Shown in pieces: positions 27,801 through 39,800 of a stretch of 64,000 bases of DNA; position 1 is the first letter of the stretch; each line of letters starts with the position of its first letter. The notes under the pieces were generated by a model. It saw only the letters and a program-made list of their open reading frames with translations. It had not been told where the DNA came from and made no database searches. Origin of the DNA: Phoronis australis (taxonomy: Eukaryota > Animalia > Phoronida); NCBI GenBank assembly GCA_002633005.1, contig NMRA01000535.1, forward strand, positions 198,985-262,984, given 5' to 3'. The translations under genes and the position numbers were made by a program.

Positions 27801-30800
27801 AACATACATCACAATCCATTTAAACCACAATCAACATACACCACAATCAACATACACCACAATCATCATACACCACAATCAACATTCACCACAATCATCA
27901 TACACCACAATCAACATACACTACAATCAACATACCAGTTTTTAGATATAACAATACAATCAACATACCGGGTTATAGACATAACCATCACTCTTGTCGT
28001 CTATGAAGATGAGTCGCGTCCCTGTTGTGTCCGGAAAGACCTTGCGCACTCCCACCTCATGTCTGAATTCATTCACGTACTGCCAGTCTTCTATGAGGAA
28101 ATAGTACAGACCACCAGACTGGAGAGAAGAAATAAGAATCATTGTTTGTAATGGTTGAAAAACTATATTTTGATCAACAATAACTACAATAACTACAATA
28201 ACTTTTTCTGTACATGCAATGGCAAGATCTTATTATAATCATCTTGTAAAGATGTATTGAGCACTCACAGGTATGAAGGACATTCTTACATAAACACTGG
28301 ACAGCCAGTTGCAACAAAAATCTGAACATTCCTCCTAATTGTAATATATTAAAGACACAACTGGCGTAAAGCTCTTTAGTTCAACATTCAAGATTATCGG
28401 AAAATTACTCACACTAGCATATTGACCTAATCATCAACTTGCATAGGCGGATTTAGGGGGGGGGCCCAGGGGGCCCGGGCCCCCCCCTGGCTGTGGCAAA
28501 AAAATAAAACAGTAAGAGCGTAGGGAAATGGTGAGTTTATTAATTAACCCCGGTAATTAAAATTATACGGATGAAAAAAGATTTAAATGTGTGCAGTTTT
28601 AGTGTTGGGGGGGGGCTCAAATCCAATTTCAAGTGTCAAATTCGGAACACGGCGCGTTTGTAACGGAACTATGGCTAAGTATAAAGTCTCCCGCGATATC
28701 CTAGGCGACCGGCAGCGGCGCTGTGCGCTACGACTCCGTTTCCGTCGTCTGCTCCACTGTGCAATTAAGAAAATTTACTTCATTTTTTTAAAGAAAATGG
28801 AACTTGAGTGACGATGAAAAAACAGAAGCTGTTGGTAATTTTAATCGAAGCCTTAGTGAATCATTCAGAAACTCGCAATATTCTCTTTGTCAAACCTTAT
28901 CTTAAGACGGTTTCCAAAGCAATCCCTTCATTATTGCCAACACGAAAAATGGATTTGGTCTTTTGGGCATTTGAAGACTATTTCAAATACGACAAATTTA
29001 TTAAGAATTGATGGCACAAAATATAAAACGTGTAATAAGCATTACAAAAAGAAGTAGGTTACGCGCACAAACGCTGTGGCCCATAAACAAGTAAGTCTTT
29101 TAGTATGAAATTTGTAGTCAAATCGTGGTGGTGTAGTGGTAACGTACGCGCTCTGTCCGCCAGGTCGTGAGTTCGAGTCTCTGATACTTGCATTTTTTTT
29201 CCTGTTTGACACGTTCTCCGTGTTTTTTTTTGCCTTTTTTTCTTGGATAATACTTCAGGAATCAAGGAAAATGCTTGATTTTTAGAGGTAAAAACAGAAA
29301 AATTTCCCCCCATTCAGTGCTATGCGCATCTACATTCGTGGTTCAGTTTGCGCAAATGCTTCCAACCGGACAAAATGTTGGGCCCCCCCCCTTGTGATAT
29401 CCTAGATCCGCCACTGACTTGTCATTTTAACTCACTTTCTCCAGAAACAATGAGCAGTCCCAATGCTTCCTGGTTCAAAATATTTTGTATTTCAGAACAT
29501 GAACAGAGAACAAGTGAACTGAATGAACAAATTTGATAAGTGATAGCACCAACTCACGTCTGTGCCATAGATCAGAAACTCTGGTGTCATCGTATGACAT
29601 AATATTCTCACATCGCTGTCTTTGTCAGGAAACAGTCGAGTTTCACGTTCCTCGCTAGTTCCTGTGTCAGCATCCGTCTGAAACAAAGAAATTGGAAACG
29701 TGAAGAGTGTGCACATGGAGTTCTATAAAGCTATAGTATTCAACAAAAACAATGTATCAAATAGATTAAAATACAAATATCTAGATGCAGACATTTGACC
29801 TCAAGTGACCCCATACATGTTAGACATCCCTAAAGGTATTTCTGACAGAAACTCCCTGGCAGTAAGACAGATTTTAAAGTTTGTATACTTATTCTAATAG
29901 GACTATTCATGATCCTTTAATCATAAATAAAATTAAGTGTACATCTTCAGATGAGGCATTCATAAAGAAAAAAATGTGCCAAATTCTCATTTTTTACTGA
30001 GAATGTGTGTCAGAAAAATAACCAGTCATCCACGTGAAGATGTCAAAACACTACTAAATAAATGAAGAGTCAGCTACAAACTGTCAGAACTTCTTCAGAA
30101 AAAACAATAAAAAAATAAAAAAGAACTTCTTCAATTGTCACAATGTTTTTGGTGGCAATAACTTAAGGCATGAAAATTTGCTGTAATTGTTTTGGGCGAA
30201 AACAAAAACTTGCCGTGCTCTTGAAACAATCTACTACAAATTGCTGCAATGTACATTGCAGCAATCAGAGGCAAAAAATCAGCACAAATCATGACAACTT
30301 AAGGATTTTTTAAGTATTATGGAAATATGTGCATCTGACCATTATTGAAGCAATAATCCAGTACTCACAATGTGTAGCTGGATTTTATTCTCAAACCCCA
30401 CCGCTGCATAGTCAGCATTGAGTTTGATGGTTTCCACGGTGCCCAGGTACTCTCGGTCCATCATCTTCACCGGGCCTGAAATATAGTTAGGCAAAACTGA
30501 AGACATTTCAATTCACCTCGCCTGGAGTACAGGCACTAAACACTACAAACAGAACCAATATCCATTAGAAAACAGATATTACAGCTTAACGACAATATAA
30601 TCTGGTGATTAAGACAACAGCTTACCCCGTCATGGGAACAGGGTTTCACAACAAAACTTTTAATAGGAACAGTATTAGCCATAGGCTATTAGCCACAGGC
30701 TTGGAAAATACTTAAGAATAGAAGAATGGTACATTTTGATGAAAAAGTGAAAATCTAGTGGAAGGATTCTAACTGGTTACCACCAAGCAAGAATGAAACA

Positions 30801-33800
30801 TAATCGACGCCAAAAATTTTGCTTTTAGGAGTTATGCTTTCCTCAAGACATGGCCATTGCAATGGATAAGCTCTTGTTTCAAATATGTCAATGAATGCAA
30901 AACACACAGTTTACATTCCAATATAAAAACCTCCCTGAGAGTACACCACATTATGTAGAGTAACGCTTCCAAATAACATCCTGTTACTCAAGTGATAGGA
31001 ATTCTGATGAAACAGACTCTGGTGTTTATATTTCCCATCAGATATCAAGTGCACAATACCTTCCTCACTAAGATAGTAGAACCATGCTCTGTTATTCATG
31101 CCTACTGCTAGATGGTAGGGACCGAGTCCAACAAACGACGGCTCCACATCAATACCAATGGTAACAGGAGGATCCTGGATATGAATATAAAACATAGTTT
31201 TACAACTGGCCTATCGCAAGCTTCACCCCCTTGCAAAAAATCACAGGACATCCGACAAACAAGCATGCGATATGTTCATGTAAAGCTGGGTATGTACCTT
31301 AAAGTCGAATTATCTGAACGATACAATATATTACAGGATCTTTCGAACAAAATCAGGGAAGATCCACGGATAATTTTATTCTGACGTCTGCTAAATTCCC
31401 CCAAATGAAAAGTAGGTGGGACTGGTGGGACTCCCCGAATAAAGTAGGTCGAGTCGATAGCACTGTTTACGCTTTTCTAATCTTCAAACGAAATATTCTG
31501 ATTAAAAAACTCAGGTTCATAGCTCGTGTACATACTCATCTTGCCCTAGGCAAGCACTTAGCTCTGGTAGGTCTCGGGCTGTGTCTAAGTCAATTTAATA
31601 AATGGAATTCGGTGGCCGCCGATTTTGCACCATTAAGACATCTAAGTTAGGCTTACCTTCTGATAAACTTCACATTTTTTGTAGTTTCATTGCATAAAGG
31701 TAGCTTTCATTTAATTTTAAACATAACATGATCAATAAGCTGTGGTATGGTTACAAAAGATGGTGTAGAGGCAAAAAATACCTATTTATATAAATAACTC
31801 ATAAATCTTTTTTAAAGCTAAATAAATCTAAATATCATATTTGAACAACTTAAAAATGAGCTCTCGCTAACTCTACAGGCGAAGTGTATACTAGAGGTTC
31901 TCATCAAAAAGTAATTCAACTGTTTATTTTTTCGTGACAACAGTTCGAACAAGGCTTCAAGTTCAGTAAATGAATCCAGTGCCCCTCCGTGTCGATCGAA
32001 TCGCTCAATTTTGGAGAGAAGTTCAGTTGAACACCAGCCTACAGGTATATGAATAACAAAATCATACCACTGCTTTGAAACAAAACGATGTCGCTATAAA
32101 GTGTCCTTAAAAACAATGTACGGGGACTACCGCTAGACTAGTGCTCAGATCCAGCAGTGAATACTGAGACAAGACTACCGCTAGACTAGTGCTCAGATCC
32201 AGCAGTGAATACTGAGACAAGACTACCGCTAGACTAGTGCTCAGATCCAGCAGTGGATACTGAGACAAGACTACCGCTAGACTAGTGCTCAGATCCAGCA
32301 GTGGATACTGAGACAAGACTACCGCTAGACTAGTGCTCAGATCCAGCAGTGGATACTGAGACAAGACTACCCCTAGACTAGTGCTCAGATCCAGCAGTGG
32401 ATACTGAGACAAGACTACCCCTAGACTAGTGCTCAGATCCAGCAGTGGATACCGACACAAAGGCGGCCAGACAAGTGAAACTCCAGAGTCAAAATCAGAT
32501 AGGCTGACAGGTTAGCCACCAAACTGAAAAGTACGTATCTAGGAAGAAATATATTATGTGTTTAAACTTCGATCAAGCAACATTGCCAAGTTCAGCTGCT
32601 CGTGTGGCCGTTCACACAGTTTGATCCATAGGCATAGTTTACACCTTTATGCATAATTTTCAGCTTAGGAGATGCCCAAAAAATGACAGGATATTCTTTT
32701 CGAGCTGCATAACGGCTATCAAAATTACACATGCCATATCAACATCGTTTCACCATTCTTAAAACACCATTTCCTGAGCTATAGTCTAAAATGTGTTTTA
32801 CACGACAACTTATTGTTTGTTGGGTAAAATGGCGGCTTGGAAATGCAGACGAAGGTGTGTCAATAATGCAGCTTGGAATGACCAATGACAAAAAAGAGGA
32901 AAATTTCCTAAGTGAGGTATCTTCCATAAATAAATAGGGTTGTGCCATATAAATATCTTTTTTTGGCTCTAAAATTTAAAAGAAATAGACGTTTTTACAT
33001 GACTAAAGTCAGAACAATGATAAAAAAGAGAGGAAAAAAGAGGAAACTGGAAATCAAATCAGAGGAAATCGAAACCAAAAAAGAGGAAATCCTCTTAAAA
33101 GAGGAAAATTCCAAGCCCCAAATGCTGCGTCTGACTGGTAAGATAAGTTGCCAGTCATAATCCTGGCGATAGGTCAACTTCAATGATGTATTCAGTAAAT
33201 CTGCAACTCTTTATGCTATCAACTTTATTTAGAACTCTCATAAAAACCCCAGCAAACTGGTTCCAAAAGTACAGTGCCTTAAGCTAGTTTTAGCTAATAT
33301 CAACAATTACTTATTATTGGCATTTTTAATGACAATAGCTGAAAGGAAAACACAAAACGATTGAAATACAGCGACACTTTCTAGAAGAACCAGCTGACCT
33401 AGATCAAAACTTAAAAATACAATATGATAAAAGAAATGTGTGTACTTTATAAAAGACCCACAACTTTGGACGTTAAGAAACTGCCCATACCAAATTAAAT
33501 AGAAAACTTTATACAACTAAAAAGCACAGAAGCATCTTTTGCTTGACCCAATTACCAATTCCAGTGTGTAAGATTCGTGGACATCTCGAGACAATAGCCA
33601 ACATTGTGAGCACACTTTGAATAACCTAGTGGACTATAGTGGTAATTTGATGGCACACTGGGACACACGACACTGGGACACACGACACTGGGACACACGG
33701 CACTGGGACACATGACACTGGGACACACAACACTGGGACACACGACGACACTGGNACACACGACACCGGGACACACGACACTGGGACACACACGACACCG

Positions 33801-36800
33801 GGACACACGACACTGGGACACATCACACTGGGACACATCACACTAGGACACATCACACTGGGACACATCACGCTGCAGGGCTTAGAATGACAAATGGCAA
33901 TCAAAGCAGAAATTTTACGGCCCAAAAACATGCGCGCAGCCTTGAAATAGTTGATGTGGACTTTGTGCCGACAAAAAATCGGGAGGACTAGCAAAAAAAA
34001 ATGTACCACCTCCAAAAGCGTGCGTCTGCGTCTTTTTAGCTCGTCCGCCACTCCCAACTCTACACATTTCTGGCTGCAGAGTCGTAGTATTTGTCACCGC
34101 GGTTTACAATCACACGAGACGCCATTGAAGAAATTCACCACCCTATCCCAGATGCCCCGGCAATGTTGACAATTTACGTTCCTCTGAAACATAAAGAGCA
34201 ACTTCCGCTTTTCGAGGTGAAAGTCGTCGGCAACGCCGCGGTAAGAAAGAAATTTGCTGCGGAAATTTTATATCAAATCCGATTCTTTTTTACGTGGAAA
34301 TTTACCAAATTACACGGACAGAGCATTTGAAAAAAGCAGAAATCCGCGTTTCCGCAGAAAATTCCAAGCCTTGACACTGGGACGCATCACACTGAGACAC
34401 ATCACACAGCATTAAGTTCACAAGAGAACACAAAACACTATCCACCAAATACCCTACTGCCATCTAGTGACAAAAAGTAATCCAACGTGTCATTGCAATG
34501 TCAGAAAATCTCTTGCCATCATTCACCTGCTGTATACTGTCCTGTATGGTGATCTCCAACAGGGATGTCAGGAAGGCAATTCTGGTGTGGTGTGACTCAC
34601 CCAACATGGGTAATTTGGAAAGGTAGACGTGTAGACTACCTTTGGTGGTGGACACAGCCAGTAACTGACCATCATCTGTCCACTGGATACGGTCAAGGCC
34701 ACGCTCATCCTCCAGGTTAATGATGGCGTACATTTCTTTGAGGTCAGCGAGGTCATGAACTTTAATACTGGAACAATGGATGATTGCAATGAAATCTACA
34801 TTTCTTTAAGATTGAATGTGTGTGTCTGTGTGTGTGTGCGTGCGTGGGTGTGTGTTATATTTATCACATGAACTTTGCAGGTCATTACATGCATTACATG
34901 GGCCATTTTCACTTCGCAAACTATAGTTGACTATAGTTGATAGTCACTTGAACAGAAAAGGGAAATGTGTACTGAGTCAGTATCGAACCAAGCACATGAA
35001 CGCCATCTACTGGACACAGACCATAGAGTGTGTACACATAAGAAAGCAATGTAAAGCATTTAACACAGTCACATATAAAACATTTATAATTCATAATTGA
35101 CCTACAAATTGTTGATTATTCTGTCAATTCAAATGTTTGCTTGCAATTTCCCAAAGGAGGCAATCCTGAGACTACACTAACACTATTCTGGGGCAGGGTT
35201 CAATGATTGTTAGATTCAAAAGTCAATGGTCCCAGCTGAAAACAACCGTGGTACTCACAAAACAGAGCATTGTATTAACACCACTAATTAAAGGCAGGCA
35301 TTCATTAGTTCTATTAATTAGACGCAGACATTCACTAGTTCTATTCCTAAAATGTGTCAAATAAACTCACCAGTTGTCTCCACATGAAGCTGCCTTATTG
35401 AGTGACAGTGATATGGCAATACTGGTCAGATTGTCTTTGTGGTTTCTGGCTTGAAACAGTTCCTACAGGAAAAACAGGAGATGTAGTCATACTCTCTGCC
35501 AGTCCCTCTCAGGAGTGACATTGACAATAGATGGAGTTACAATTTGTCTGTCAACATTCTACTTTGTACAGTTGCACCAAAAGTCCTTCACAAGTCCACA
35601 CTAACATGAACAATAAAAATTACGAAGATTTTTGTTATTTTTATTTCACCATGACAAAGGATGTTTTTAGGTTTTAAACTAATATCATGCAAATCATGTT
35701 ATCTCTTTCTTGATTTACTATCCTTGCAAGCAAAAATAGCTATCAATAGTCACTTTCACAGGCGGCGCACCATAGGGGGCTGGGGGGAGCTATAGCCTTT
35801 TTCAGTGCTGCGCCGCCCATGGTCCTATATGACCAATTCCATTCATGTGTGTGGACGTCACAGAAAGAGTCCTACCTGACCAATTTCTTTCATGTGTGTG
35901 GAAATCACAACAAAGTAACCTTGGGAGAAACCAATCATAATGTAGCCATCGCCGTACCACTTGTATGAGGCGATATTGCCATAGCGTTGCTGGAAGGCCA
36001 ACTCTATGGGGTTCTCTGGGTCATTCATGTTGAACAGGAACAGCGTTTTACGGCCAATCACAACGCTTACCTGCAGCAAGCAGGTTTGTTAATGAGATGT
36101 AATATATGATATCATTTACCATGCATATTAGCCATTTGATATTAAGAGTAAAGCACAAATGAGTGACAACCTACAGATGTCTGGAGGAAAGATTTTTAAT
36201 TAATTCCATCATAACACAGTGCTAACTTTCGTAACCTTCGTTAAAAAAAGATCAGTTACTAGGCAACATGAAGCTGTTGTATTGTTACACGACTGTACGC
36301 TATAGGTGTGAGTCTGGCATAAATTAGTAAATTGAGAGTACCTAACACAAGCAGTTTCAATAACATGTTTTAAAACAAGAATTAACTAAAAACAAAAACA
36401 AGTTTCCCAAAATATCACATACAAAAACTCTCCTGTTACCTGTACAACTTTCTAATTAAATGTCTGACAATTGCCATGGATTAATACTTGATAATAACAC
36501 AAACTGTTGTGGTGATACGCCCTTTACTCTCATGTCACTGGTCTCATAATATTCCTTACTATGCAATACAATTCCATTTTTGTCACAGGCAATGTGCATT
36601 TTCAAATTCACAATTTTAAGGTTGGCTAACTCCAATAAAGTATTAATTTCTTGGTTTTGACGGTTTTGTTGGTAAAAGATGCATAAAGAATCCTGTAACG
36701 GTAAGGAATATTATGATCGCAAATTCATGAGAGTAAAAGGCCAAATTCGATTTTCATTTTTAACCAGCTAAACAAGGCAAATACAGTGAGCGCTTGAAAA

Positions 36801-39800
36801 ATGAAAATTTAGTCCATTAAGTTTGTTTAAATATGAGGAAATTTATTGCATTCATTCCATCTTCAAACACGTTTGTCTGGATGAGAGGGAATGAGACGTA
36901 TAGTGTATTTGGTGAGTCAATGTCTTGCCTAGTGCCTTCATGTCAATTAGACTATTTAAAGTGACATTCACTCACTGTATTATCTCCCATAGTACTCCGC
37001 TCGTCTCCTTTCATCTCTGAAAACTGAATGTCGCTCGGCTCCGCCCTTATCGAGGTCTGTCGCAGCGTGTCCCCTTCTGCGTTGCTCACAGACAATGTCT
37101 TGTCTTCACTTCCTAATGCCAGCAGATTCTGCGAACTCCAAGCACCGCACGTGATTTTCTTAGTGTGTTTGCCAAGAATGGGAATTTTCCTATGTGAAAT
37201 AACATCGCTGAATACCACTGCCAAAGTGCTATAGGTATATTTTTGTCACAATCAGAATCACATGTGATGCTATCAGGACACACTTAAACAGGATGCAGCA
37301 ATGTTGACAAAATTCACAACAGTGTGGACTGAGTGACTCTTGCCCAGCAATGTTGACAAAATTGACAACAGTGTGGACTGAGTGACTCTTGCCCAGCAAT
37401 GTTGACAAAATTCACAACAGTGTGGACTGAGTGACTCTTGCCCAGCAATGTTGACAAAATTCACAACAGTGTGGACTGAGTGACTCTTGCCCAGCAATGT
37501 TGACAAAATTCACAACAGTGTGGACTGAGTGACTCTTGCATTTCCAAGTTAAACGTGTAGAAATCCCAACTCATCTGAACTCTGATTATTTTAAAAACCA
37601 CGAATCAGTTTTTCGATGATGACCATTAACGTCTTTAAAAATAAGAAGCACACCTTTAACACATACAGATTCAGGGAGCACTTTAACACATACAGATTCA
37701 GGGAGCACTTTAACATGTGCAGATTCAGGGAGCAATTTAACATGTGCAGATTCAGGGAGCACTTTAACATGTGCAGATTCAGGGAGCAATTTACCTAGAT
37801 GTCTGATGATTATAGATAAGCAGATTGCCTTTTCCAGTTCCTATGGCTAATTGAGGACCATCCTTGGACCACAAAAGAAAGGACAACGGATCCCTGGAAC
37901 ACAACATGACAATTGCACTGTATTCACTGACAATATCATTAGCGTTTCAGCAAGACAGATGTGGTGGCCACAAAGGGACCCTTGTCGTCAACAAATAGTT
38001 CACTTTCTCACCACAAGAAAGCAGTCACATTCCCAAGTATTATAGTTAAGCACGCTCACTCTCACAACTTTTTAACGTAATGATTCAAAAAAGCGTTCTG
38101 TTCCCTGAAATATGCATCTTTTGTAGTAAGCCCTCGCACTACAGAAGTCCTTACGAACAAAGCAGATTTGGGGTAGCTCAAGCTGTCAGTAAGGCATCAG
38201 CAAAAATGACCCAAGCAACCATTCACCTTACTGATGTCTTTGATGCTTACAAAACTGCTAGTGAAAACGTTAGCCAGTATGTGATCAGGATTAGTACCAA
38301 CACATTGAAGGTGAATACAGTTACTGTATAAGATTACAAAATAGACAGTATGTGATCAGGATTAGTACCAACACATTGAAGGTGCATACAGTATAAGATT
38401 ACAAAATAGACAATTCAAGTCAGAATCACAGAAGTTTTAGGCATAGAAATTATTAGCATACACGCAGCATATAGCGTAAAACCAGAAACTTATTTAATAT
38501 ATTACATTTATACAGCTTTAAAAGAAGAAGTTTAGGTCAGACACACAATCAGCACAAATGGCTGTCTCACCTTAGACCACTGTCCAGCTGAGCCGTCTTG
38601 TGTGTGTTGGCATCCCACAGGAAGATCACACTGGACCGGTCATTGATGATGGCCAAAGTATCCCCGTCTTTATCCCAACCAAGACCCGTGCACATTCTGA
38701 AGAGAGCAAAGCATATCAAGGTATGAGCAGAGACAATTTAGGGTGTACAAACTCAACACATTCACAAGACATAGCATAGTCGACATACATTCAGAAACAG
38801 CCACTAATTGATTCAGGAGGCCATATTTTGGCAAAATTTAGTAAAAAGTTACATTCATACAAAAACAAAGGTACCCCGATTCCGGGTAAACTTCATTGTT
38901 CACATAGAGTCAATAAAATCTCAAAATCATAACATTTTTTTCTTAATCATCATTTCGTTTTTGTTTTATGCTAAGTTCAACTTTTTCATAAAAATCATTG
39001 ATATCATATTATTGATAGTCCCTCATACAAAAGAGGAACATTTAAAGACAATTGTTTACAGAATGTAAGAGAGCAGTTACTAAAGTATCAAATGAATCCA
39101 ATCAGCCAATTCTGACATATGACAGCCCAAAGTTAGCACCCAATTAGATAGATATTTTTCCATGGTACTACATAACATTAAATATTGTATGCATTGTACC
39201 AGAGTGAATGGTCTCAAAAGCATTGAAAGACACATGAACATTACCCAGGCAAATTGATCTCATCCTTCACCTCCCCGTGACGGTCGTGAATTCTCACATT
39301 GTGGTCAAATCTGCAACAGACAACCATGATAACAATCAGCTGTGATTTACTGCTACTGAAAGGTCAAAGCGCTGGTGCCATGATTTACTGCTACTGAAAG
39401 GTCACACTGCTGGCGCCATGATTTACTTCTACTGAAAGGTCACAGCACTGGCGCCATGATTTACTTCTACTGAAATGTCACACTGCTGGCACCATGATTT
39501 ACTGCTACTGAAAGCTCACAGCGCTGGCGCCATGATTTACTGCAACTGAAAGTTTACAACGCTGGCGCCATTTTTGAAAAGAAACAAAAAACAACAAAAA
39601 TGTTTTCTTGTGACATCGCTGTTCACCACAAGCTACATGATCTTGTTGGATAGCTTCACAGCCTCAAAACAATTTCATTCACGAAGCTGTTAAGGCAAAG
39701 TGAATGAAACTATTAAGGAAAGCCAAAGCTGCATTATGTCATTACATAGCGCGTTAAAACGAAAAACATGTTAGGCCTGATAATACCGTAATCGTTCGGG

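Noticed and set aside
32125-32460. Regular 48-bp repeats (and other 27-51-bp arrays) as possible CRISPR arrays
   Set aside because: Head-to-tail units with no unique spacers, no cas genes, eukaryotic intron context
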